In this document: positions 24,950 through 38,069 of the stretch, piece after piece
Layout of the letters: every line of letters begins with the position of its first letter
Position numbering within the stretch: position 1 is the stretch's first letter
Origin: Mobula hypostoma
Lineage: Eukaryota
DNA length: 60,000 nucleotides
Assembly (NCBI RefSeq): GCF_963921235.1
Contig: NC_086107.1
Span: 99,450,001-99,510,000, forward strand
Reading direction: 5' to 3'
Notes under the pieces: model-generated
Told to the model about the DNA's origin: nothing
What the model saw: the letters and a program-made list of their open reading frames with translations, nothing else
The model's database searches: none
Translations under genes and position numbers: made by a program

Positions 24950-26095
24950 GATTTTGCCTACATAGACTTTCGCAAAGGCCTTTGACAGGTTCCGCACAGA
25001 GGCTGGTCAAGAGGGTTCAGTCGCTCGGCATTCAAGACGAGGCATTAAATTTGATTCAACATTGGCTTTGCAGGAGAAGTCAGAGTGGTAGTGGCTGGTT
25101 GCCTCACCGACCGGAAGCTTGTGACGAGCGGTGTGTCGCAGGGATCGGTACTGAGTCTATTGTTTATCATACACATCAGTGATCTGGTGATATGGTAAAC
25201 TGGATCAGCAAATTTGCAGATGACACCAAGATAGGGGGCATAAAGAACAGTGAAGACGACTAACAAGACTTGTAGCAGGATCTGGACCAGATGAGAAAAG
25301 GGGCTGAGAATTGGCAGATGAAATTTAATAGAGACAAGTGTGAAATGTTGCACTTTGGGAGGACCAACCAGGGTAGGACTTATGCAGTGAGCCTGTAGGG
25401 CGCTGAGGAGAGCGATAGAACAGAGGGATCTGGGAATACAGATCCATAATTCCTTGGAAGTGGTAGATAGAGTCACAAAGAGAGCTTTTGGGATATTGGC
25501 CTTCATAAATCAAAGTACTGAGAACTTTGTTATGTTGAAGTCGCATAAGATCTTGGTGAGGCCTAATTTGGGGTATTGCGTGCAATTCTGGTCATTAACA
25601 CACAGGAAAGATATCAGTGAGATTGCAAAAGCACAGAGAAAATTTACAAGGATGTTGCTGGGTCTTGAGGGCCTGAGTTGTAGGGAAGGGTTGAATAGAT
25701 TCGGACTTTATTCCCTGGAGCGTTGAAGATTGACAGAATTGTTAGAGGTATACAAAATTATGAGGGGTATAGATAGGGTAAATGCAAGCAGACTTTTCCA
25801 CTGAGGTTGGGTGAAACTGGAACTGGAGACTATACATTAAGAGTGAAGGTGAAAAGTTTGAGGAACATGAGGGGGCACTTCTTCACTCAGAGGATGGTGA
25901 GAGTGTGGGACAAGCTGCCAGTGGAAGTAGGTTTGGTTTCAACATTTGAGAAAAAATTGGATAAGTACATGGATGGGACAGATATGGAGAGCTATGGTCT
26001 GAGGTCGTTGGGACTAGGCGGAACAACAGTTTGGCAGGAACTAGATGGGCTGATTGGCCTGTTTCTGTGCTATAGTCCTCTATGGCTCTATGATT
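24950..26095 (+). mobile_element. CR1 LINE RT/3' fragment
   Basis: DFRKAFDRFPH-like, KFADDTK and LVRPNLGYCVQFW remnants. Confidence 0.85.
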
Positions 26096-27444
26096 GCAAG
26101 TACATCTCTGATTTCTTTCTGATAGCCAAATGAATCTGCTTGCGCCATTACACCTATCAATGCTGTGCAACAGCGTAAGCATGTGGTGCGAAGGAGGATC
26201 TCTCCATGTTTCCTTCACCCTAAACCTGTGGTCCTCAGTTTCTCAATCCCTTCTCCATTGGGGGAAGGGGGAAGGGGCAAGGGGCAGATACTGCGTCTGT
26301 ACCCTTCATGTTTAGGAATGCCTCATTCACCTCTGTTTAGCTTCAAGGAGACCACAGCCAGCTTTCCTCACCTGTTACTGGAAATGAAGCTCCTTGTTCT
26401 TGGAACGGCATGAAAAGAATCGCTGGAAGTTTGGATAATGTTACCAATGGACAGGTGTGAGTCAGAGATCGTAAGTGTTCAAGGACAGGTCACCTGTTCT
26501 CAGAGCTATTCTGCATGAACACCTCTCACTGTTCAGCAATTTAAAACATATTCATTGTACTACCCCATGCTTTCCAGAAGGGGGGGCAATTGTCCGCATT
26601 TTACCCTGTGTGCTGTGAGCCCAAGTTACATTCAATTTTTAGTTCATGAACCTTTCCAATTTTGAATATTCACACTGTGTGAATGCAAATTTCAACTGTT
26701 TTTACTTAAAGGCGAAATAACATGAAAAGTTAAAGTAGATGAGAGTTACAAAACCTCCAAGCCTGCTCCAGCACTCATCGATGATCTATTGCCTCAATCA
26801 CTAGGTCCCCCAATTTCCACAGTGAACAAAAATCTATCATTCGCAATCCTGATTATATTCAGCAATGACAGCCCTCGTGGATGGGAAATTACAAACATTC
26901 TTTAAGCTTTTTACCTCAAGGACTTTCTCCTTTTAGTCTCAGTTTTCCAAATCTTTATTCAAAGACGAGACCATCTACTAGATTCTGACCAGCTACTCAG
27001 CTTGCATCCTGTCAATCCCACTCAGAGGTCGATGATGCCATTTTTCTAAAGGGCAATCTTGCTCAATGACTTGCACAATCCTTACTGCAGAGACAGCAGA
27101 AAAAATTCCCCAGGGTGTTGTGTGGGATGGGATATTTCAGTTATGACCTCCACTACATAATGGACTGGGTGGGCACAGGAGTACATTCAGCCAGAGACTC
27201 ATTCCACCGAGATGCAACACAGAGCGTCATAGGAAGTCATTCCTACCTGTGGCCATCAAACTTTACAACTCCTCCCTTGGAGGGTCAGACACCCTGAGCC
27301 AATAGGCTGGTCCTGGACTTATTTCCTGACATAATTTACATATTACTATTTAATTATTTATGGATTTATTACTATTTAATTATTTATGGTGCAACTGTAA
27401 CAAAAACCAATTTCCCTCGGGATCAATAAAGTATGACTATGATT

Positions 27445-27992
27445 AGATCGTAGGTTATAGGAAGAATTAGGCTAGTTGGCCCACTGAGTCTGCTTCACCA
27501 TTTCATCATGGCTGATCCATTTCCCTCTCAGCCTCAATTTCCTGCCTCCTCCCCATATCCCTTCATGACTAAACAAGAATCTATCACCCCGTGCCTTAAA
27601 TATACCCAATGACTTGACCTCCATAACCGCCCGTGACAACGAATTCCCACATTCACCACCTTCTGGCTAAAGAAATTCCTCCTCATCTCTGTTCTAAAAG
27701 GAAGAACCTCTATTCTGAGGTTGTGCCCTCTAGCCTTAGACTCCCCCACCGTAGGAAACATCCTCTCCACATCCGCTCTATCAAGGCCTTTCAACATTCA
27801 ACAGGTTTCAATGCGGTCACCCAATTCTTCTGAATTTCAGTGACTAGAGGCCCAGAGTCATCAAATGACAAGTCTTTCAATCCCAGAATCATTTTCGTGA
27901 ACCACCTCTGAACCCTCTCCAATGACAGCACATCCTTTCTTAGATAAGGGGCCCAAAGCTGCTCACAATACTCCAAGTGAGGCCTCACCAGG
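27445..27992 (-). mobile_element. CR1 LINE 3' fragment
   Basis: LVRPHLEYCEQLWAPYLRKDVLSLERVQR peptide. Confidence 0.85.
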
Positions 27993-30455
27993 TTACGAGG
28001 AGAACCTGGACTTGTTTCCCTTGCAACAGAAGAGATATGGAAAATTACAAGGGCATACAAAGGGCAGATTTAAAGGATGCTGCAGTAGCCTAGCAGTTGG
28101 CACGACACTATTACAGCTCAGGGAGTTTTGGAGTTCAATTCCAGTGGCTGTTCCGTAAGGAGTCTCTGTACGTCCTTCCCGTGGAATGCCAGGGTTTTCT
28201 CCTGGTTCTCTGATTCCCTCCCACAGTCCAAAGACATACTGGGTAGGTTAACTGGTCAGTGTAAATTGTCCTGTGATTAGGTTAGGGTTAATCGGGTTTG
28301 GCGGGGGATGCTTCATTTACCAGTTTAAGATGGCGTTGGTGGGGCACAGTGATATCTTACTGATAGCAAACAAATCTACTAACTACTGTATTAATCACTC
28401 TTTTTCTGGATAACGATCACTGCAATCAATAGCCTGCAGCTTCTCTTTCGGAGCTGAGCTTTGGAACTGCCTGTACAACTTGGCATTTTTGAGGTATGAA
28501 CTGAAGTCTCGAAGGTGCAGGATGGCGGTGGTGTGGCGTGTACCCACCAAATTGAGGCAGTGGGGCCCAGGACGGAGAGCGCCAAATGAGCCAATGTCTG
28601 GCCACTGCCGGAGCGGGTGTGGTGAGCTGAGGCGGGGCAGTGTCCAGCCGGCAGGGCCTGAGTCCAAAAGCCGATATTTGGCCAACTTAAGCACCGGGCC
28701 AGATTGAAAAGGTCAGGGTGTCGGGCTGGAGGCAAGGGACAGGCTGGTGTTCAGCTCACTGCCCAGTGGACTCATCCTTGCGTTAAACTGAGGCTGTGGC
28801 CTGTGACTAATAGGTTCCTGCACCAGCTGCAAGTATGACTGGCTTCATGGCTGCAAACTCAATTCGTGAACTTCGGTTCCGAATATTATTTGCTTACTTT
28901 TTCCATGTTTGCACGATTTATTTTTTTGCATATTAGGTGTTTGACAGTCTTCTTTTTTCAAATGGGTTCTATTGGGTTTCTTTGTTTAGTGGCTGCCTGT
29001 TAAGAGATGAATCTCAAGTTTGTATATAATATACACACTTTGATAATAAATATTCTTTGGACTTTATCTGAGGAGTCACAAGTGGTGCTGAACATTGTGT
29101 AATCATCCGAATGATGAAGGGTCTCGGCCCAAAACTTCGACTGTACTCTTTTCCATCAATGCTGCGTGGCCTGCTGAGTTCCTCCAGCACTGTGTGTGTG
29201 TGTTGATCTGCTATGATCTTGTTGAATGCTGGGAGTTAGCTGGAGGGACTGATTGGCCATCTGCTCCTGCTTTTTTTTTTTAAAAAACACTCTTTCCTAT
29301 GTTTTCAGGATCTGTAGTACAGTTGGTAGGCCCGCACATTGGTGTCATTAAACCAACAGAACCCACAGAACTGGACTGGCTACCTCAGACCCAAGACACC
29401 ACCTGGGAGAAGACCGAGAGTAACCTGCACTGCATCCTCTTCAACGACATGATCCGGAGCCCAGACCCAAACACAGAGCGAAGGAAGGCCAAGAGTAAAA
29501 TAAGAAGTGGAATGAAAGCAGTGGAAAGAAAACTCCCACTACCTACAAAATGCTTCCAATCGCGTGCGTCTCAAATGGCCTCTGTCAACCAAGTCCAGCT
29601 CCTGGCCTTCATGTGTGGCTTAGCTGCTAAGCCCAGCTGAACCGTTTCTACTGACAGAAGCGGGGGCAAAGGCGGGTTTACTGGCACCTTACAGTTGCTT
29701 CAGATGGATAGGATTCATCAACCGTGGCTGGAAGCTCATCCAGACCACTTGACTTCACTCTGGGCGAACACTTTGCCCTCTGTGCTGTAAAGAAATGAGT
29801 GGGGAGTGCTACCCATCTTGAGTGGGAAATGCTGCTGAGTCACCACAAATATACGTGCCTAAGACTTCTGTACAGTGCTGCAGCTTTGTTGGGAAGGCAC
29901 TGCCAGGTATCTGGAGAACTGTGGCTAAGAGTGAACAGAAGGCAACAGGCACCTCCATCACTAACGCCCGGAGCTACATAGAGCGTTCAACACAGCAGTA
30001 TGATAGTGCACAGCCACCTGTAAGGTGGTGTAGCAAGTACAAGTTGAAAATGCTGGGGCTGGGCCTGGCCAGGGCATCAGGGCAACCGAGAAGCCTCCTG
30101 CTGGGGCAAGGGAGGGATAGACTACCTGGAAGCCTACAACCACCTCCATACCCAAGCCAACCAGTCAAAGACTGAAAAGGCAAAGTGCTGTATTTCTACA
30201 CGGTCTGAGCAACTGCAAAAACATGAACTTTGGTCTGCCCTGAACGGAGCAGGATTATACCAGGACCAGCTGACAAACACTGAAGCCTGCTTGTCACTGG
30301 ACAAAGAAAATATGACTAATAAATGGCCACAACCCACCACCAATGTGAGCACTAAGGTGGCCATAGCCTAGGATGGGAAAGGGAGGAATCATGTGAGGAA
30401 GTGGCAACGAAACATTGAGAGCGATCAGGAAGACAAATGTGTGCCTTTTGCTTAC

Positions 30456-30615
30456 CGTAACCGAAGAGAATGTAGAGCGCCCCTTCAGTAGACACACAGG
30501 CCTTTGGGCCAATCAACTTGCCCTCACCAGTGAGATTGTAAGTTACCGGCTGACCAATCAGGGCCCCAGTTGCTCCCGACACAAACACAAAGGACATATC
30601 ATGAATCCGATTGGT
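30456..30615 (-). CDS. FAM234B: FAM234B coding exon 6
   Basis: Acceptor TTCTATTCCAG|AC. Encodes TNRIHDMSFVFVSGATGALIGQPVTYNLTGEGKLIGPKACVSTEGALYILFGY. Donor ACG|GTAAGC. 160 nt. Confidence 0.93.
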
Positions 30616-32579
30616 CTGGAATAGAAAGAATTCATTAGAGTAGCATCCAGTTTTGGCTCTGCTTCCTCTATCTAACTTGGGTGAACTCATTGCCAGCACC
30701 TCCTGATCCTCCACACAAGGCCACACGGTTGCCCTCATTGGAGCGGCCTTGAGAAGCCGCCTGTTGGGGCCAAGGGGTTACTGATTGTTTATTTGGACTT
30801 GATTAATAAATGCAGATCCAAATGCCAAATAGAGGCATGAATTTTGTTTCCCTCTCTGTTCTAGCTCCAGTTTCCTTGGCCTCTCCACATAACAAAAGCA
30901 GTCTCAGCTCCCAGCTGTTCTGCTAAATCTCCTCTGCACCTTCTCTGGGGCATTGACATCATAGTGAATATGTAGTGCCTAAAATGGTCTTAACACTCCA
31001 GTAAGGGTCTCACCTGCGAGTTACAAAGGCTTGGCACAACATCTCTACTTTTGAAACCCACACTTTTATAGACTGTAGCTTCTCTTTCGGAGTTGAGCTT
31101 CTGAACTGCCTGTATAACTTGGCATTTTTGTCGAATGAACTGACGTCTCGAGGGTGCAGGGTGGCGGTGGTGTGGCGTGTACGGACCAAGTTGAGGCAAT
31201 AGATGGGGAATGCTTAGGTTCCAGATGCTTTATAACTTATGTATCAACTTCTGTTAAACATTTTTCAATTTAAAAAAATACAATAACCAGTTAAAGTGAT
31301 TGAAGACAGTGCTGGATTGTCATAAAAATCAAATGGGTTCATTAATACTCTCCAATGAAACCGTCGGACTAGTGACTCCTTCTCAACATAAACTGCTTTT
31401 TCGATATGGCGTTGTAAAAAAATGCCTACTCTACTCACAATGTTGAGTTTCTACACCAAGGACGATGATTTCCTGAAGCTCCAGCATTCCCTCTGGCATC
31501 TCTCTATTGGGGCAGCAAACACTGAATAACTACAGATCGAGATCCATAACGTTATCGATTTAGCAAAGCCGCAGTTCAGTCAGTGCCACAGAGCAATGTA
31601 GCTCTCAAAGTCCTACTGGTGAAGACGATTGACCCACTTTATAAAGGCACAAATCTTGCTCCTCTATGCCACACAGAGGAAATGGTACTCGTAGTGTTGT
31701 TGTACATTGTGCCAGCTTGTTACGATACTTATTTGATGAGTACAGCTGGCCACTACCAGCACCACCCACACGTCCACCCAATATCAAAAAGGATCTGATA
31801 TGATAGTGTTTAAATCAGCAACAGGCAGGGGGTACTACATCTCCGAGACTGGCACAATACCCACAGTTGGAGCTTTGGACTGGCACAGTCAGCACTGAAC
31901 TCAGACATAGCATATGGACTCTTTAGACTGGCATAGGGTGTAGGTGGCATCGTGTTTTTGCAGGACGCCCTGGCGCAGGGTTATGGATGGGGAGGGTACA
32001 GTGCATAGCAGTTAGCCTCATGCTGTTACATCTCGGCGTCAGAGATTGGAGTTCGATACTGTAAGAAGTTTGTACGTCCTGTCCGCGGAACACTTGTGTT
32101 TCCTCCGGGTGCTCCGATTTCCTCTCACAGTCCAAAGACGTGCCGGCTAGTAGGTTAACTGGTCATTGTAAATTGTCCCTTCATTGGGCTAGAGTTCAAC
32201 AGGCGAGTTGCGGGGCAGTGCAGCTCGTTGGGCTGGAAGGGCCTGTTTCATGCTGGACAGATAGATGGATGATGGACGGACAGGTAGATAGACAAATAAA
32301 AACCCGTACCAGTTTAGTCCTATATGTCTAAATGCAGTGTGACTCCTTGGGGGCTGATGAAGCACATATGGCACTGGAGAGGTCCCGGTATCCGTCCCGG
32401 TTAGGACAGCAGAGTACATGCAGAGCCACTGAGCTGGTACGGTGTGAGGCGCCCTGTAGGTTAGTGCAATGGATAGAGTGAGAGAGTGAGAGGATGCAGA
32501 GTGCTCGAGAGAAACAGGTATGTCAGCCCCTCAGAGCAGTGCAATGAAAGCACTGGGTGGGAGCGTTAGGTCACACACT

Positions 32580-33405
32580 TGAGTTTAGAAAGATGCGGGG
32601 GGGTGGGGAGCTCATTGAAAGCTAACAAATATTGAAAGGCATAGACAGAGGGCCGGCTGGTGACGCAATGCCATCGGCGCCGGACCCGGGAGCGGAGGTT
32701 CCCGGGTTCGAAACCAGTCAGGTCCGTTCCCAGGTACGCCTTCCATCTGTGCCAGACTGAGTGTTGAGATCGCAACTCGACCTCGTAAAAATAAAGGGAA
32801 AAATACTGCGAAAAGTGAGGAGTTGCGCACCACACAGTCTCTCTCTCTCGCTCCGCACCTTGTAAAAAGCCATGAAAGAGACATCATCACAGACGGACGC
32901 ACGTACGCACACGCATACGCACAGACTCGCACGCACGCAGGCACACGCAATGAAAGAACGAAAGGCATAGACAGAATGGACATGGAGAGGATGTTTCCTA
33001 TGGTGGGGAAACCTAGGAGCAGAGGACACAGCCTCAGAATATAAGGATGTCCATTCAGAACAGAGATAAGGAGATATTTCTTTAGCCGGAGGGTGGTGAA
33101 TTTGTGGAATTCACGGCTAAAGACGGCTGTGGAGGCCAAGTCATTGGGTATACTTAAAGCGGAGGTTGATAGGTTCCTGATTAGTAAGGGCATCAAAGTA
33201 CACAACCCTGAGATTCGTTTTCTTGTGGGCATACCCAGTAAATCCAAGAACCATGATGGAAACCATGAAAGACCGCACCCAGGTTACAGGGAGAAGGCAG
33301 GAGAATGGCGTTGAGAGAGGATGATGAATATGACATGATGGAATAGTGGAGCAGACTCGATGGGCCAAATCGCCGAATTCTGCTCCTACGTCTAACAGTC
33401 TTATC
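32580..33405 (+). mobile_element. CR1 LINE 3' fragment carrying two nested insertions
   Basis: MERMFPMVG and VVNLWNSRL peptides, interrupted by the SINE at 32650 and a short insert near 33198-33281. Confidence 0.8.
32650..32959 (+). mobile_element. tRNA-derived SINE inserted into a CR1 fragment
   Basis: A-box-like TGGTGACGCAATG, B-box GGTTCGAAACC, (CGCA)n-like tail. 16-bp TSD GAAAGGCATAGACAGA at 32634-32649 and 32960-32975. Confidence 0.85.
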
Positions 33406-34218
33406 ACAGGGTAGCTCTTTAGTCTGGCAGTGTTAGTAGAGTGCTGATGGGTCGTGGCCCTCAGGCAACAGTTGCTGGCAAGATCTGTGCCCCTGGGGTA
33501 AAGAGCACTTATTCATACACATGTGAAATAGCTGGAGGGTACAGAGAGCCCCATTCTCACTGACCGTTAACAATATACTGAAAAGTGTTAACTGACCATG
33601 GATGAAGATGGACGTGGTGTAGGTAGTGACTGGGTGTTTCGGATTTGCTTTGTAGCTGGTTCAGTACAACACTGTGGGCCGAATGGCCTGTTCCTGCGCT
33701 GTACTGTTCTGTGTTCCGTGACCCGGCTGATCTCAGTTAGAGAATGACCTTTGTGTTACTGCAAAGGGCAGCTCTGAGAGCCAGGAGTCTATATTTACAC
33801 TGTACCATCTCAGCCCTCAGAATGATCCTCCGCACTGAAGCTACGTCACTGTTAATGGGAATTGCAGTGTCAACATACCAAAAGTAGCTGACCGTGCAAC
33901 TAATCTCTGTCCTTTCAACAACATTAAGGGTGGCTCAGTCAGCAGGACAATTCTCTGCTCTGTTATGCAGTTCAAATTCACTACAGCTTAATACAATCTC
34001 CCATTAAAAAGCCGTCAGCTGATAACCTAGTGCTCCCCATATCCCGAGGCCATGAAACCGAGAACAGTGCAGTGAATTTCCATGAAGAATCTTCTCCTAG
34101 TCAAATGCCTTACCCGAGTGAACAACAAATGGACATTCCCATGTAGACTTACTCTCTCAGCAAAACTGCAGCACAGATGGGAAAAGAATGTACCAGTTTA
34201 ACAGCGGCTTATTTAAAG

Positions 34219-34537
34219 GGGAGTGTGGGCACGTGGCCAAGTGGTTAAGCTATTGGACTAGTGACCTGAAGGTCATGAGTTCGAGCCCCAGCCAAGGCAA
34301 CATGTTGCATCCTTGAGCAAAGCACTTAATCACACATTGCTCTGCGACGACACCGGTGCCAAGCTGTATGGGTCCTAATGCCCTTCCCTTGGACAACATT
34401 GGTGTCGTGGAGAGGGGAGACTTGCAGCATGGGCAACTGTTGGTCTTCCATACAGCCTTGCCCGGGCCTGCACCCTGGAGAGTGAAGACTTTCCAGGCGC
34501 AGATCCATGGTCTCGCAAGACTAACGGATGCCTTTAC
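34219..34537 (+). mobile_element. tRNA-derived SINE with CORE-like segment
   Basis: A box TGGCCAAGTGG, B box GTTCGAGCCC, CORE-like TCCTTGAGCAAAGCACTTAA. 9-bp TSD TATTTAAAG at 34210-34218 and 34538-34546. Confidence 0.8.
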
Positions 34538-34590
34538 TATTTAAAGCGGTTCTGTAGTTACTCTGGTTGAAGGTGAGAGTGGTCCCATAC

Positions 34591-34721
34591 CAATGTAACC
34601 GGCTTGCTCCCAAGCAGTACGTCTCCAAAGCCATCACCATCAATGTCCGGGAGCTGCACAGGCGGGGCAGCTGGAGTCCGGTGGGAAGGGTACACGCTTT
34701 TCCTTTCCCAGAAGCTACTTC
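34591..34721 (-). CDS. FAM234B: FAM234B coding exon 5
   Basis: Acceptor TATTACAG|GA. Encodes SSFWERK...PAAPPVQLPDIDGDGFGDVLLGSKPVTL (second FG-GAP-like motif). Donor TTG|GTATGG. 131 nt, phase 1 to 0. Confidence 0.9.
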
Positions 34722-35067
34722 CTGTAATACAGTGAAAATTAGGTGATTGTTTACACAGAGACATTGCAACAGAGGTTTCACTATAACAGTGGGAACGTCC
34801 CGCGGCAATGGGGCATGGTTAACAGCCCAAGCATCCCAAGGCAACGTTCCTTAACAACGTGGCCAGTTACAGTAGGAATGTTCCGTAACGACTGGGCCTG
34901 GTGGGAACGTTCTGTAATGACTTGGCTTCATTACAGTGGCTGAGTTCTATAAGAAGAGTCCAATAGCAGAATGTTCTGGAGAAGACACCCAGATACCACA
35001 GTGTTTTGAGGACAGGTTTCCAGGCTATCTTGGGCGAGAGTGGGGCGGCGGGGGGAGGCCTGCACAC

Positions 35068-35253
35068 CTGAGCTGCTGTTAACAGCCTTCAGCATATGAT
35101 TGACTCCAACCAAGATGCAGATGGCGCCCTTTCCATCGGTGTAGCCAATGCCACAGTGGATGAACTTCAGCCGTTCGGAGGCCGGGGTCGTCCAGAGAAC
35201 ACTGCCGTCCACCCCCGACAACACCGCCACCGACACTTGGAGCTTCAAGCTGG
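35068..35253 (-). CDS. FAM234B: FAM234B coding exon 4
   Basis: Acceptor TTTGTTTCCTCAG|CC. Encodes SLKLQVSVAVLSGVDGSVLW...ICILVGVNHMLKAVNSSS. Donor CAG|GTGTGC. 186 nt. Confidence 0.9.
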
Positions 35254-35294
35254 CTGAGGAAACAAAAGAGAAGTCATGCTCCCACTTCCGGACA

Positions 35295-35955
35295 ACTACT
35301 GGGTTATTCAGAGTTCACTGCCAAGAAGGCCCACCAGCATCTTTACTTCCTGAGAAAACTAAAGAAATTTGGCCTGTCCCCTAAAACCCTCACTAATTTT
35401 TATAGATGCACCGTAGAAAGCATTCTGCTAGGGTGCATCACAACCTGGTATAGAAGTTGTCCTGTCCAAGACCGAAAGAAGCTGCAGAAGATCGTGAACA
35501 TGGCGCAGCACATCACACAAACCAATCTTCCATCCTTGGACTCACTTTACACCGCACGCTGTCGGAGCAGTGCTGCCAGGATAATCAAGGACATGACCCA
35601 CCCAGCCAACACACTTTTCGTCCCTCTTCCTTCCGGTAGAAGGCTCAGGAGCTTGAAGACTTGTATGGTCAGATTTGGGAACAGCTTCTTTCCAACTGTG
35701 ATAAGACTGCTGAACGGATCCTGACCCGGATCTGGGCCGTACCCTCCAACTATCCGGACCTGCCTCTCGGTTTTTTTGCACTACCTTACTTTCCATTTTT
35801 CTATTTTCTATTTATGATTTATAATTTAAAATTTTTAATGTTTACTATCGATTTGTAATCCAGGGAGCGGGAAGGGCAGAATCAAATATCGCTGTGATGA
35901 TTGTACGTTCTAGTTATCAATTGTTTGGCGACAATAAAGTATAAGTATAAAGTAT
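35295..35955 (+). mobile_element. L2/Rex-like LINE 3' fragment
   Basis: YFLRKLKKFG...HPANTLFVPLPSGRRLRSLK...FGNSFFPTVIRLLN peptide and AATAAAGTATAAG tail. Confidence 0.8.
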
Positions 35956-36247
35956 TCTCTTTGCTATTAATGCACACTGATGCATTTGGCACTGTCCAGG
36001 ACCCCCTTGTTGGTGAACACAAGATGCCCAGGGTGCCGAGGTAACTTCTCCAGCCTTGCACGTGCTGTTCAAGGTCACAGGTGCGGTCAGCTCGCAGTTT
36101 GGTGTTCTCCATCAGGCTGCTGTTGTTCCACACCCTTCCTTGGGTGTGGACTCAACAATATCAAATGGCAGACTGCTAGTGACTGCGGAGGCTGGAAGTG
36201 GGAAACTTTCAATAGCCCGCAGGACAGTATCCTGGCCTGTGACATTT

Positions 36248-36710
36248 ACAATACTGTGCAAACTTCTGAGGCACATACACATAGCTGGGCTGCCTAAGAC
36301 TCCTGCACGGGACTGTATCTGTCAATGTGAAGTGCCATGGGAGGGGTGGTAGAGGAGTGCCAGTGGTGGGTGGGTGGGTGGTGCGGACACACCCAGCCCT
36401 GAGACACCAGGCAAGGCCATTTGATTCCAAACATTGGGTTTATTGGTCATTACAGGATGTCTCTCCAGTGCTTCCCGCTCCCTTCTCCTTTTCCCAACCC
36501 TGATTCCCCTCTCCCTGCCCCCTTCCCACTCTCAGTCCACAATAGAGACCCAAATCAAAATCAGGTTTATCATCGCTCACATATGTCATGAAATTTGCTT
36601 TTTTTTGCAGCACCAGTACAGTGCAATACATAAAATTACTACAATTCTGTGCAAAAGTCTTAGGCACCTTAGCTATATACATCTGCCTAAGACTGTTTCA
36701 CAATACTGTA
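36248..36710. mobile_element. Composite repeat bounded by two short Tc1-like palindromic MITEs
   Basis: TACA.TACTGTGCAAA...TGCACAGTACTGTA-type cassettes at both ends. Inverted homolog at about 68-385. Confidence 0.65.
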
Positions 36711-37202
36711 CTTTCATCTTATTTCCTGTAATATGGGAGATCATTTGGCTCATTGTCTCTCAAGAGTTATTCAGTTAATCCCATTCCACTAATGAATTCC
36801 CTGTAACCTAACCCCTCACATATGCCCATTAACACTTCCATTAAATCTCCTACGAATAATACCCCTTCAGTCTCTCTCGCGCACGCACAATGAGGGTAAT
36901 TCATAGTGCGCGAGTCTGTAGATTTTATCCTTACCTTCACAAGTTACTGTGTGTTACGTGTACCACTGTGCTTTACACCCTGGATCAGAGAAATGTTGTC
37001 TCATTTCTATATACATGTATATAGTTAAATGACAATAAACTTGAATTGACTTGGAACGTAGCATTTTGATGAAACCCATACAGTCACAGGGAGAATGTGC
37101 GAACCCCAGACAGATAGGATGGAGGTCAAGACAGAACCCCAAATGCTGGAACTGTGAGGAAGAAACTACTATCTATTCCGCTGTGCCACATCACCAACCT
37201 CA

Positions 37203-37723
37203 AGGCTGGTTTATAATTCTGCGTTAACTCAACGCCGTAACCTACGCAAGTGACTTACGCGCGTTGTGAACATTTATACTTCTGCGTTGGTGTGTCTGCG
37301 CCGCTCTGCAATTCGCGCACGTCACGCACGCGCACTCAGCTGCCCACACAAGGCTTCATGGTCATGGTAGTGTCTCTCAGGGTAAACAAGAAGCGAGCGT
37401 CTTTTTTCGTAAAAGCGAATTGTGTCCTCCATAATTTCGGAGGTCTGTAAAGTTTTATGGAAAGCATTGCAGCCAGAGTTCCTTCTCTGCCCTTCAGTCG
37501 CCCAATGGGAAGCTATTGCAGTGTAGGAGGAAATGCGATGCTACCAAGCAGACCAATCACAGTTGTTGCGGTCTGCGTTGCCGCAACGCATAGTTACATT
37601 TTGGGAGAGGTGCGCGTCGCAGCAACGCAAGCTCTCGCGTAGGGTTCCGCGTCAGCTTTGCACGGGGTTTGCAGCGACACAGACCTTACAGTGACGCATT
37701 GATGCAGAAGTATAAACCAGGCT
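37203..37723. mobile_element. PIF/Harbinger-type MITE
   Basis: TIRs AGGCTGGTTTATAATTCTGCG and TGCAGAAGTATAAACCAGGCT; 3-bp TSD TCA on both sides; CpG-rich interior. Confidence 0.8.
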
Positions 37724-38069
37724 TCACATTGGCGATGGGAGGTAGTCTACCTATTAGTCACTGCAACTATTAACAGATTATCCGCGCAGATTAACTCCCG
37801 GATGAGAAACAGACACTTTGCTTTCACAGTCGACAGGGTGTGTAAGGGGACCCTCTTAGGAGATGATCTGCAGGTTTGTACTAGACAAGTGAGGGGTGCC
37901 AAGAGACACTGGCAGCACATCACAATCCTACTTGACCCAACCTAGAAACGTTCCTGCATTGTCCCATCATAGATGACCTTGCCTAGCACTGTGGTGAGAG
38001 CAGGGATCTGTATGGGCAGCGTCCAGTTTTCCTCAGTAACTTGAATTACCCAGCCTTCACACAAACGGA

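Noticed and set aside
32650..32725. Possible tRNA genes (also 34225-34295)
   Set aside because: The A/B boxes continue into SINE bodies with tails and TSDs, and no complete cloverleaf is evident.
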